A stretch of 64,000 nucleotides of DNA from Parvibaculaceae bacterium. GTDB lineage: Bacteria > Pseudomonadota > Alphaproteobacteria > Parvibaculales > Parvibaculaceae. Positions 1-8,323 of this stretch are shown in pieces. Position 1 is the stretch's first letter, and every line of letters begins with the position of its first letter. A model generated the notes under the pieces. That model was not told the origin of the DNA. It did not search any database and worked only from the letters and a program-made list of their open reading frames with translations. Position numbers and translations under genes: made by a program. The stretch lies in contig JAHBYJ010000001.1 of NCBI GenBank assembly GCA_019636015.1, positions 2,106,066 to 2,170,065 of the forward strand. Reading direction: 5' to 3'.

Positions 1-224
1 AAGCGCCGCCATCGGAATTGAGGGCAGGGCATAGGCGCCCATCTGCCAGCGTGTGACATTCTTCCGGTGTTGCATTTCTTCCCCTGGCTGCCGACGCCGA
101 TCCTGCTCGCGCCCTTTTGCGGGCGTCGTATTGATTATTTGTCAGCGCCGCTAAGGAACCCGATTGCCGGACGATTGTCTACGCTTTTCGCTACGGAAAG
201 TGTGGTTTTGGCGGGATCGTCAGA

Positions 225-875
225 TCAGGCAAAGTTCTCATCCGCCACAAAAGGGTTTGTCCGCCGTTCGACTCCAAAGGTCGAAAGGGGGCCGTGTCCC
301 GGAACGAAGGTGACATCGTCGCCAAGCGGCCAGAGCCGTTCGCGGATCGATTGGACAAGCGCGCCATGATCCCCGCGAGGGAAGTCCGTCCGTCCTATCG
401 ACCCCTGGAACAGCACATCGCCGACCAGCGCCAGCCGTGACGGTTCATGGAAAAACACGACATGGCCGGGCGTGTGGCCGGGGCAGTGGACGACATCGAA
501 CGTGAGCCCGGCGACCTCGACCTTGTCGCCATTCTTGAGCCAGCGGTTCGGCTTGAAGCTGCCCACGGCGCCGAAGCCGTACTTTGCGGCTTGGTCCGGC
601 AAGGCTTCGATCAGGAAAAGGTCGTCTTCATGCGGACCCTCGATCGGTACACCGAGCTCCTTCGCCAGATCGCCGGCCGCAGCTGCATGGTCGAGATGGC
701 CGTGGGTCAGCAGGATCTTCTCGATGGTTACGCCGGCTTCCGCAGCCGCCGCCTTGATCCGCGAAAGATCGCCGCCCGGATCGCTGACCGCGCCGCGCAT
801 GTTTTCGTCGTTCCAGATCAGCGTGCAGTTCTGCTGGAATGGCGTTACGGGAAGAATTGCGGCTTTCAGGGCCAT
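225..875 (-). CDS. MBL-fold metallo-hydrolase (YcbL/glyoxalase II-like)
   Basis: THGHLDH, GHTPGH, GDVLF and GHGP motifs; start trimmed to the ATG at 875 (MALKAAILPVTPFQQNC). Confidence 0.9.
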   Translation of the reverse strand: MALKAAILPVTPFQQNCTLIWNDENMRGAVSDPGGDLSRIKAAAAEAGVTIEKILLTHGHLDHAAAAGDLAKELGVPIEGPHEDDLFLIEALPDQAAKYGFGAVGSFKPNRWLKNGDKVEVAGLTFDVVHCPGHTPGHVVFFHEPSRLALVGDVLFQGSIGRTDFPRGDHGALVQSIRERLWPLGDDVTFVPGHGPLSTFGVERRTNPFVADENFA

Positions 876-966
876 CGGCGCAACCTGCTTCTTGTGAGTA
901 TCGATAGGGGCGAACCTAGGGCAAATGCCGCTGATTGGAAATGCGGCAGCTGGAGGACACCGCAAG

Positions 967-991
967 GGAACTCCAGGTCGTTCCCACGGTT
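967..991 (+). promoter_or_regulatory. Putative EcfG (general stress ECF sigma)-type promoter
   Basis: GGAAC-N17-GTT about 40 bp upstream of the GTG start at 1033. Confidence 0.5.
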
Positions 992-1032
992 GAGGCACGA
1001 GATTTCCGCCAGCCGTCAACAGGGAGACCGCC

Positions 1033-2211
1033 GTGACCTCGTTTCGAATTGCCGCCCTTGCATCCGCTGCTTGTCTGGCCGCATTGCCTGCCATGTCTTT
1101 GCAGGAGTCCGTGACCGCCGGAAACTACACGCTTCAGGTCGAGACGGTCGTTGAAGGACTGGAGCATCCCTGGGGGATGGCTTTCATCTCCGAGGACCGT
1201 TTCCTCGTGAGCGAACGCAATAGCGGCACCATTCGTGTGGGGAGCGCTGCCGGCGGCATTTCCGAGCCGGTCTGGACCGCGGAAGACATGTTCCGCTACG
1301 AAGGCGAGACGAGCCGCAGCCAGGCCGGGCTTTTCGACATCGTGCTTCATCCCGAATTCGCTTCGAACGGCTGGGCCTATATCAGCTATTCGCGCGAAAC
1401 CGATCGCGGCGCCGCCATTGCCGTTATCCGCGCCCGCGTCGTCCAGGACAACGACGGCACGCGCCTCGAGGATGTCGAGGATATTTTCGTCATGAAGGAA
1501 GAAGACCAGGATTCGAGCGGCCTGCATTTTGGCGGACGCATGGCCTTCGATCCCTCCGACAATTCGCTTTTCCTGTCGATCGGCGAACGTCGGAATATAT
1601 CCCGGGCCCAGGATGCGTCCGATCAGGCCGGATCGATCCTCCGGATGACGGACAGCGGCGAACCGCATGAAGCAAACGCACGATTTGAGGTCGAAGACGA
1701 GGAGGGCGAGCCCGACCCATATCTCTTCTCCATAGGCCACCGGAATGTTCAGGCTCTGGGGGTCCACCCGGCCACCCACGAACTCTGGGCCGCCGATCAC
1801 GGGCCTCAGGGCGGTGATGAGATCAATCTGGTAGCGGCCGGAAACAACTACGGCTGGCCCTTCGTCACCGGCGGCAAGGACTATTCGGACGCGCCGCTCG
1901 GCGTGGGCGACGGGATGGACGGCATGACGCCGCCGGTGCACGTCTTCGAGAAAACCACGGCGCCGTCGGGCCTGACCTTTATTCCCGAAGGGACCGCTTA
2001 TGAGGATTGGTCCGGCGACATGCTCATTGGCGCCATGCATGCGGAAGCGGTCGTGCATGTGCGTATCGAGGATGGCGCGGTCGCCGGCACCGAAACAGTC
2101 GAAATCGGCCGGCGCATACGCGACGTGCAGCTCGGTCCGGATGGCCACATCTGGCTGCTGACCGAGCATTCCGACGGGCAAGTGCTGCGGCTCGCGCATG
2201 CTGCTGATTGA
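1033..2211 (+). CDS. PQQ-dependent soluble sugar dehydrogenase (YliI/GSDH family), secreted
   Basis: Signal peptide; GLEHPWGMAF, HFGGRMAF, GHRNVQ, HGPQGGDEIN, GNNYGWP and RIRDV motifs; GGGAG RBS. Confidence 0.88.
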   Translation: MTSFRIAALASAACLAALPAMSLQESVTAGNYTLQVETVVEGLEHPWGMAFISEDRFLVSERNSGTIRVGSAAGGISEPVWTAEDMFRYEGETSRSQAGLFDIVLHPEFASNGWAYISYSRETDRGAAIAVIRARVVQDNDGTRLEDVEDIFVMKEEDQDSSGLHFGGRMAFDPSDNSLFLSIGERRNISRAQDASDQAGSILRMTDSGEPHEANARFEVEDEEGEPDPYLFSIGHRNVQALGVHPATHELWAADHGPQGGDEINLVAAGNNYGWPFVTGGKDYSDAPLGVGDGMDGMTPPVHVFEKTTAPSGLTFIPEGTAYEDWSGDMLIGAMHAEAVVHVRIEDGAVAGTETVEIGRRIRDVQLGPDGHIWLLTEHSDGQVLRLAHAAD

Positions 2212-2253
2212 GCGGAGGGTACGGGGTCGCAAGGCTTCGGAGCCCCATATTGA

Positions 2254-2281
2254 TTAGCCGATAATATATATTATGGATAAA
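2254..2281. other. Candidate chromosomal dif site (XerC/XerD)
   Basis: TTAGCCGATAA-TATATA-TTATGGATAAA gives the 11-6-11 layout with inner ATAA/TTAT; intergenic AT-rich patch; KOPS motifs point towards it. Confidence 0.65.
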
Positions 2282-2421
2282 CTATAATGAACTTCGGCGG
2301 ATTGAGCCGTTCCTTGAGACAGCCAAGGCGCCGGGCGCACAAAAAGCATTTTGTAACAGCGGTTTACCGTCGTCCATTTCCGCCACACATGAGGTCATTT
2401 CGGGGTATTTCGTCACGAAGT

Positions 2422-2446
2422 CGAACCGCCTGACGCTCCGATAGTT
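2422..2446 (+). promoter_or_regulatory. Putative EcfG-type promoter
   Basis: CGAAC-N17-GTT upstream of the 2498 start. Confidence 0.45.
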
Positions 2447-2497
2447 GTAACCGGATCGGGTTGCCTGGGGGCATCGACAGTCTGGAGGATCATTCCC

Positions 2498-3142
2498 ATG
2501 ACGCATCTGAAGAAGATATTTCTCGCGGGTACGGCAAGCTTTGCACTGATGGCGTCGCCTGTGCTGGCAAATGACCTGCTCGGCGACACCACCGGCGCCG
2601 TGTCGGGCGCCGTCTCCGGCGGAGCCGCGTCTGGCGGCGTGGCTGGCGATGCTTCCGTAGACTCGCGCATGGATGCCGCGGGCACGAACGCAGGCTCCCC
2701 CACAGGCCTTTCGGTTGGCGCCAAGGGCGGTGCATCGGTATCGGGTACCGGAGCGGCTAACCCTGGAGCGGTTCAGAACACCGTCAATAATGCCCAGGGC
2801 ACAGTCCGTGGCGCGGCAGACACCGCCACCGGAGCCGCTTCGGGCCTGGCCGGCGCCGACAAAGGTGCCGTCAGCAGCGATACCGAGGCGGGTTTGGGTG
2901 GCATCGGCGGGAGCGTCTCCGGCGACGGCACCGCACAGGCTGAAGGCGGCATGGCGCCGGTTCCCGATATTGACCCGGCAGCCAGCCTCGCCCAGTTGGG
3001 CTACAGCGACATCGAACCGGTGGAAGGCGCGGCGTCGGCGGGAGGTGAATCCGAATTCACTGCCACCAACCCGGATGGCGAGCCGGTGAAAGTCGTCGTC
3101 GACGGGCGCACCGGGATGGTTCTTAACGAGCAGGCGGAATAA
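2498..3142 (+). CDS. Secreted Gly/Ala-rich protein with C-terminal PepSY-like domain (paralog A)
   Basis: Signal peptide; GGAGG RBS; low-complexity middle; C-terminal LAQLGYSDIEPV...FTATNPDGEPVKVVVDGRTG. Confidence 0.8.
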   Translation: MTHLKKIFLAGTASFALMASPVLANDLLGDTTGAVSGAVSGGAASGGVAGDASVDSRMDAAGTNAGSPTGLSVGAKGGASVSGTGAANPGAVQNTVNNAQGTVRGAADTATGAASGLAGADKGAVSSDTEAGLGGIGGSVSGDGTAQAEGGMAPVPDIDPAASLAQLGYSDIEPVEGAASAGGESEFTATNPDGEPVKVVVDGRTGMVLNEQAE

Positions 3143-3170
3143 CACCGGCTCACACAATATTCAGGACACG

Positions 3171-3214
3171 GAGGGTGCGATGCGCGGAAAGCGCGTCGCG
3201 CCCTCTTCTCTTTT
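3171..3214 (+). terminator. Intrinsic terminator
   Basis: GAGGGTGCGATGCGC/GCGCGTCGCGCCCTC stem followed by TTCTCTTTT. Confidence 0.7.
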
Positions 3215-3278
3215 CGGTGCTGCAGATTATGGGATTTCGCCACATCGCGGTCACAACCGGGGCAGTTTCTGGATGAGG

Positions 3279-3303
3279 TGAACCGTTTGGCTTCCGGGAC
3301 GTT
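3279..3303 (+). promoter_or_regulatory. Putative EcfG-type promoter
   Basis: TGAAC-N16-CGTT upstream of the 3359 start. Confidence 0.5.
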
Positions 3304-3358
3304 GTATGGGTATCGCAGCAACGACAGGGCTGCACAACTCTTCTGGAGGAACATGACC

Positions 3359-3679
3359 ATGACGAACTTCAAGAAGCTCCTTCTCGCCGGTACTGCCAGC
3401 CTTGGCCTGATCGCCGGTCCCGCGCTTGCCGCGGACATGGATCAGCCTGCCGGCGCCGATGCGCAGATGGAAGGCGCCGTGGAGCTCTCCCCGGCCGCTG
3501 ACGCGGAAACCTCGCTGCAGGCTCTCGGCTATACGGATATCGAGCCGGTCGAAGCTGAAGGTGACGCTTCCGAGGATGGTGTGCAGCGCTTCAACGCCAC
3601 CAACATCGATGGCGACCGCGTGACGGTGGAGTTCGACTCCAACTCCGCGACGGTGATCGGCGAAGAGCCGGCCTACTAA
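3359..3679 (+). CDS. Small acidic secreted PepSY-like protein (paralog B)
   Basis: GGAGGA RBS 8 nt before the ATG at 3359 (alternative 3353); signal peptide; LQALGYTDIEPV...FNATNIDGDRV. Confidence 0.8.
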   Translation: MTNFKKLLLAGTASLGLIAGPALAADMDQPAGADAQMEGAVELSPAADAETSLQALGYTDIEPVEAEGDASEDGVQRFNATNIDGDRVTVEFDSNSATVIGEEPAY

Positions 3680-3702
3680 TCCCGTCTCTGGGATGTGACG
3701 AG

Positions 3703-3738
3703 CGGCGCGGAAGCTTCGGCTTCCGCGCCGTTCTCGTT
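3703..3738 (+). terminator. Intrinsic terminator
   Basis: Perfect 12-bp stem CGGCGCGGAAGC-TTCG-GCTTCCGCGCCG followed by a T-rich tail. Confidence 0.75.
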
Positions 3739-3873
3739 TGCGCACGGCATTCTGCGCAGCGTTCATTCACACTGTCCGGTTTTCTGACAATGTTCCCGTC
3801 GTCGGGAGCGGTTTCAGGTACTGAAGCGTTTATGGTGAGGGTGCATGGGGACGGATCAAGGGAGACAAGTCTC

Positions 3874-4290
3874 ATGCAGAAGATCAGAAAGCCGTTTCTT
3901 GTTGCCGCCGCTGCGGCCGGTATCGCCGCCATGCCCCTTTCCGCGCTGGCCGACACGCTGGTCGTCGTTCAAGGTGGTCCTGCGGTCGGCGCCGCAAGCG
4001 ATACCTATGTCGATCCGGCAAGCGGCACTGTGACCACGACCACCGTGACGACGACAACGACCGGCCCGCTTGTCGGCAACACGATGGACCTCGTCGATCC
4101 GATCGCCTGGCTCGAGGAGAAAGGCTATCACGGCGCCGAACGCGTGCCCGGCGTTACGCTCGAAAGCGAAATGGCCTTCCATGCGGCAAACCGCATGGGT
4201 GAACCGGTGAAACTCATCGTCGACAAGCGCACGGGTGAGATCACGCGTGAAACCTATCTGCGCAAGCTCGACAAACCGTCGAAACAATAA
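3874..4290 (+). CDS. Secreted PepSY-like protein with poly-Thr linker (paralog C)
   Basis: GGAG RBS; signal peptide; TVTTTTVTTTTT tract; LEEKGY...FHAANRMGEPVKLIVDKRTGEI. Confidence 0.78.
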   Translation: MQKIRKPFLVAAAAAGIAAMPLSALADTLVVVQGGPAVGAASDTYVDPASGTVTTTTVTTTTTGPLVGNTMDLVDPIAWLEEKGYHGAERVPGVTLESEMAFHAANRMGEPVKLIVDKRTGEITRETYLRKLDKPSKQ

Positions 4291-4303
4291 GTTCCATCGC
4301 GCT

Positions 4304-4351
4304 GAAAAAGTCAGGCCCGCCATCTGTGTGATGTGCGGGCCAGGCTTTTTC
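4304..4351. terminator. Intrinsic terminator (possibly bidirectional)
   Basis: GAAAAAG..GGCCCGC / GCGGGCC..CTTTTTC hairpin. Confidence 0.65.
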
Positions 4352-4460
4352 GTCCTGCCGGGCGTAATCGGCCCTCCTCCCATTGACCCGTCCTCCCGCC
4401 GCCCCAGTTCGCTCCTATGGGTGGTGACGTGGGACCGAGATACAGACTGGAGGACGATCA

Positions 4461-5051
4461 ATGAAATCCTGGACCAAGTCCCTTCTCGCAGGCACTGCCG
4501 TTTTTGCTCTCGCGGCCTCGCCCGCCCTTGCGCAGGACGCAGGCGGTGCTGGCGCCGGCACCACGGGCGCAACCGGCGGCGCCACGGGAACCATCGATGG
4601 AACGACCGGAACGCCGGGCACGACAGGTGGCGTGACGGGCGACGTCGATGGCACCATGGGCGACGCCACCGGCACGACGGGCGGCGCATCGGGCTCGGTT
4701 GACGGCACGATGGACGGCACCACGGGCGCCACCGGCACGACCGGAACCACTGGAGCGACGGGTACGGGAGCAGCCGGCACCGGAGCCACAGGCGCAACGG
4801 GCGGCGCGGGCACGACAGGAACGACCGGCACGGTCGACGGCGTTACCGGCGGCGCGGCCGGGTCCGACGTGACGACCCACCTTCTGACGCAGCGCGGCTA
4901 CACCGATATTCGCCCGAGCGAAGGGGCCGCCGCAGCCGATGGCAGTGCCTTCACGGCATTCGACACTCACGGCAACAAGGTCGAAGTCGTCGTAAATCCT
5001 GCGACGGGAGAAATCCTCCGCGAGACGCGGACGCAGACGAAAAACCAGTAA
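4461..5051 (+). CDS. Secreted Gly/Thr-repeat protein with C-terminal PepSY-like domain (paralog D)
   Basis: GGAGG RBS; signal peptide; about 110 aa of GTT/GAT repeats; [10 protein letters not shown]...[23 protein letters not shown]. Confidence 0.82.
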   Translation: MKSWTKSLLAGTAVFALAASPALAQDAGGAGAGTTGATGGATGTIDGTTGTPGTTGGVTGDVDGTMGDATGTTGGASGSVDGTMDGTTGATGTTGTTGATGTGAAGTGATGATGGAGTTGTTGTVDGVTGGAAGSDVTTHLLTQRGYTDIRPSEGAAAADGSAFTAFDTHGNKVEVVVNPATGEILRETRTQTKNQ

Positions 5052-5072
5052 GCACGAAGTCTTGCTGCGATT

Positions 5073-5106
5073 TGGCCCGGGCGCGTTCAGCGTGTCCGGG
5101 CCATTT
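5073..5106. terminator. Terminator hairpin between convergent genes
   Basis: TGGCCCGGGCGCG / CGTGTCCGGGCCA stem. Confidence 0.6.
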
Positions 5107-5111
5107 CATGT

Positions 5112-5930
5112 TCAGAGTTCGAATTCGACCGTCATGCCGTCATAGGCGGGTTCGACACCTGTCGGCAGTTCGCCTTTCAGCCGGCCATAGTCCAGGTCGA
5201 CATGCATATTGGTGAGGATGCCCTGCGGCACCCTCGCCCGCTTCAGCCATTCGAGCGCCATGTCGACATGAGCATGCGTCGGGTGTGGCGCATAGCGCAG
5301 CGCATCCACGATCCAGCAATGAATTCCGTCTAGTAGCGCGAAACTCTCATCCGGAATACCGACTGCATCCGCCGAATAGGCGAAGGGTCCGAAACGGAAT
5401 CCGAGCGAACGGATATTGCCGTGATCCTGGTCGAACGGCAGTGCGGTGATGGTGCCGCCGGGCCCGTCGATTCGGATCGGCTTGCCGGGACTCTCGATCA
5501 TGTGATCGTTGAGGATCGCGGGATAACCCGAGCCCGGCTTCTCCCGAAAGCAATAGCCGAAACGCGTAAGCAGCGTGTCGGCGGTCGGTGCGTCCATCCA
5601 GCAATCGACCCGGCGGCGCTTGTTGATCGCGAGCATCCGCAGATCGTCGATCCCGTGGCACTGGTCGGCATGGTCATGCGTGAAGAGCACAGCATCGACC
5701 CAGCCGGTCTTTGCGTCGATCAGCTGGTCGCGCATGTCGGGCGACGTATCGACCAGCACGACGGTCTTTTCGTTCGGGTCCTTGTCCCATTGCTCAACGA
5801 GCAGCGAGCAGCGCCGTCGCCGGTTCTTCGGCTCTTCCGGATCGCATGCGCCCCAGAACGGCCCGCCAATGCCCGGCCGCGGAACGCCGCCTGAGGAACC
5901 GCATCCAAGGATCGTCGCGCGCATCTTCAT
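5112..5930 (-). CDS. MBL-fold phosphodiesterase (PhnP-like)
   Basis: LGCGSSGGVP, THDHADQCHGIDDLR and HPTH motifs; usual neighbour of tatD. Confidence 0.9.
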   Translation of the reverse strand: MKMRATILGCGSSGGVPRPGIGGPFWGACDPEEPKNRRRRCSLLVEQWDKDPNEKTVVLVDTSPDMRDQLIDAKTGWVDAVLFTHDHADQCHGIDDLRMLAINKRRRVDCWMDAPTADTLLTRFGYCFREKPGSGYPAILNDHMIESPGKPIRIDGPGGTITALPFDQDHGNIRSLGFRFGPFAYSADAVGIPDESFALLDGIHCWIVDALRYAPHPTHAHVDMALEWLKRARVPQGILTNMHVDLDYGRLKGELPTGVEPAYDGMTVEFEL

Positions 5931-6733
5931 GCCCGGCGCACAGCCTCCGCCGGTACCCTGCTGAAAAGCCTGAGGAAATTGGCCGTCGTCGCCTCGGCGA
6001 GTTCCGCAGCGCTGACGCCTTTCACCTCGGCGAGCCTTTCCGCGGTGTGGACCACAAAGCTCGGCTCGTTCCGCTTGCCGCGCTTCGGCACCGGCGCGAG
6101 ATATGGCGCATCGGTTTCGACAAGTAGCCGGTCCATCGGCACTTTCGCCGCCGTCTCGCGCAGCTCCACGGCGTTCTTGAAGGTGAGAATACCGGAGAGC
6201 GAAATGTAAAGCCCGATTTCGAGAGCTTTTTCAGCAAGTTGCGGGCCGGAACTGAAGCAATGAAGAAGCCCCGGAAAGGTGCCCTTCCCCATTTCCTCAG
6301 CCAGAATCTCACCCGTGTCCTCATCCGCGTCGCGCGTATGCACGACAAGCGGGAGACCTGTTTCGCGCGCGGCGGCGATATGGGCGCGAAAGTTCCTCTG
6401 CTGCGCCTCGCGCGGGGAATGCTCATAGAAATAGTCGAGCCCCGTCTCGCCGATGCCGACGACCTTGGGGTGCTTTGCCATTTCGACCAGCGTTGCCGTG
6501 TCGGTTTCGGGCTCGGTTGCTGCCTCATGCGGGTGGATACCGACCGTGCAATAGACATGGGGAAACCGCTCCGCCACCGCCCGTACCCGGTCGAATTCGC
6601 TGACCTTGGTGGAGATGGTGAGCATGAGCCCGACGCCGGCCCCATGCGCGCGGGCCACGACCTCCTCCACCTCCGGACCGAAATCCGGGAAGTCGAGATG
6701 GCAATGGCTGTCGATGAGGACAGGCAGCGTCAT
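5927..6733 (-). CDS. tatD: TatD family deoxyribonuclease
   Basis: IDSHCHLD, GIHPH, GETGLDY and ETDAPYLAP motifs. Confidence 0.93.
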   Translation of the reverse strand: MTLPVLIDSHCHLDFPDFGPEVEEVVARAHGAGVGLMLTISTKVSEFDRVRAVAERFPHVYCTVGIHPHEAATEPETDTATLVEMAKHPKVVGIGETGLDYFYEHSPREAQQRNFRAHIAAARETGLPLVVHTRDADEDTGEILAEEMGKGTFPGLLHCFSSGPQLAEKALEIGLYISLSGILTFKNAVELRETAAKVPMDRLLVETDAPYLAPVPKRGKRNEPSFVVHTAERLAEVKGVSAAELAEATTANFLRLFSRVPAEAVRRA

Positions 6734-8289
6734 CAGGAAGCGGCCTCCGGTTCCACGTAGCGCGGGAAAACGCCCTGCGGCGCGGGTAGCGGCGTGCCGG
6801 GCTTCAGCGCGCCGTGCGGGCCGAGCGCGGCAAAGCTCCGCTCCTCCGGTCCGAGCGCCAGCTGGTCCAGCATCTTCGCCGCCGAGTCCGGCACCACCGG
6901 CTGCACCAGAATGGCGATATGGCGGATCGTCTCGGCGAGCACATAAAGCACCGTTGCCATCCGCTCCGGATCGGTCTTCTTGAGGCCCCAGGGCGCCTGC
7001 TCGTCGATATAGCGGTTGGCATCGCCGCAGACCGACCAGATCGCCTCAAGCCCCTTGTGGAAGAGCTGCGCATCGAACTCCGCGCGCACCCGCTCGAGCA
7101 ACCCATGCGCCTTGCCGAGCAGCGCATTGTCGGCTTCGGTGAAGGCGCCAGGCTGCGGCACGGCCGCACCGCAATTCTTGGCGATCATGGAAAGCGAGCG
7201 CTGCGCCAGATTGCCGAGATCGTTCGCGAGATCGCCATTCGTCCGGTGCACGATCGACTTGTGCGAGAAATCGCCATCGCTTCCGAATGGCACTTCGCGC
7301 AGCAGGAAATAGCGCGAGGCATCGAGCCCGTAGGTCGAGACGAGATGATCCGGCGCAATCACATTACCGAGCGACTTCGACATCTTCTGGCCCTCGACTG
7401 TCCACCAGCCATGCGCGAAGACGCGCTTCGGCGTTTCGAGTCCGGCCGCGAGCAGGAAGGCCGGCCAGTAAACCGCATGGAAGCGCAGGATGTCCTTGCC
7501 GATCATGTGCAGATCGGCCGGCCAGTAGCGCTTGTAGGCCTCGTTGCCGGTATCGGGATAGCCGACCGCCGTCATGTAGTTGGTCAGCGCATCGAGCCAG
7601 ACATACATCACATGCTTCTCGTCGCCGGGCACCTGCACGCCCCAGTCGAAGGTCGTGCGGCTGATCGACAGATCGTGGAGCCCGCCCTTCACGAAGCTCA
7701 TCACCTCGTTCCGCCGCGCTGTGGGCGCAATGAAGTCGGGGTTCGCCTCATAGAATTTCAGCAGCGGCTCGGCCCAGGCCGACAGCTTGAAGAAATAGGA
7801 GGGCTCTTCCACCCATTCGACCTCGGCGCCTGTCGGCGCGATCTTCTTGCCGTGCGGTCCTTCGGTGAGCTCATCCTCGCCGTAAAAGGCCTCGTCGCGC
7901 ACCGCGTACCAGCCCGAATAGGAACCGAGATAGATATTGCCGCTCGCTTCCAGCTTCTTCCAGAGATCCTGACACGCTGCTGCATGGCGCGGTTCGGTCG
8001 TGCGGATGAACTGGTCGTTCGTGTAATTCATGGTCTGGCAGAGATCGCGGAAATTCTGCGACACACGATCGGTGAAGGCCTGTGGCGTGACGCCGGCAAG
8101 CGCCGCCGCCTTTTCCACCTTCTGCCCGTGCTCGTCGGTCCCCGTCAGGAACATTACGTCGTAGCCGTCGAGCCGTTTGAACCGCGCGAGCACATCGCAG
8201 GCAAGCGTCGTGTAGGCGTGGCCGATATGCGGCACGTCGTTCACGTAATAGATCGGTGTCGTGACGTAAAAGGCTTTGGGGGCCGTCAT
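6733..8289 (-). CDS. metG: Methionyl-tRNA synthetase
   Basis: TTPIYYVN, HIGH, YVWLDAL and KMSKS motifs. Confidence 0.97.
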   Translation of the reverse strand: MTAPKAFYVTTPIYYVNDVPHIGHAYTTLACDVLARFKRLDGYDVMFLTGTDEHGQKVEKAAALAGVTPQAFTDRVSQNFRDLCQTMNYTNDQFIRTTEPRHAAACQDLWKKLEASGNIYLGSYSGWYAVRDEAFYGEDELTEGPHGKKIAPTGAEVEWVEEPSYFFKLSAWAEPLLKFYEANPDFIAPTARRNEVMSFVKGGLHDLSISRTTFDWGVQVPGDEKHVMYVWLDALTNYMTAVGYPDTGNEAYKRYWPADLHMIGKDILRFHAVYWPAFLLAAGLETPKRVFAHGWWTVEGQKMSKSLGNVIAPDHLVSTYGLDASRYFLLREVPFGSDGDFSHKSIVHRTNGDLANDLGNLAQRSLSMIAKNCGAAVPQPGAFTEADNALLGKAHGLLERVRAEFDAQLFHKGLEAIWSVCGDANRYIDEQAPWGLKKTDPERMATVLYVLAETIRHIAILVQPVVPDSAAKMLDQLALGPEERSFAALGPHGALKPGTPLPAPQGVFPRYVEPEAAS

Positions 8290-8323
8290 TTACTCATCCG
8301 CTCAGAAATAAAGAGCGCCGGGC

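Noticed and set aside
1-59. Possible N-terminus of a minus-strand gene running off the window (ATG at 59)
   Set aside because: Only 19 codons are visible and cannot be identified
155-181. GGAAC-N17-GTCTA ECF-like promoter on the plus strand
   Set aside because: It points into the 3' end of a convergent gene with no sense ORF downstream; probably chance
4540-4860. Repetitive DNA as a possible CRISPR or tandem array
   Set aside because: Degenerate codon-level repetition of Gly/Thr residues inside a CDS; no constant repeat-spacer structure
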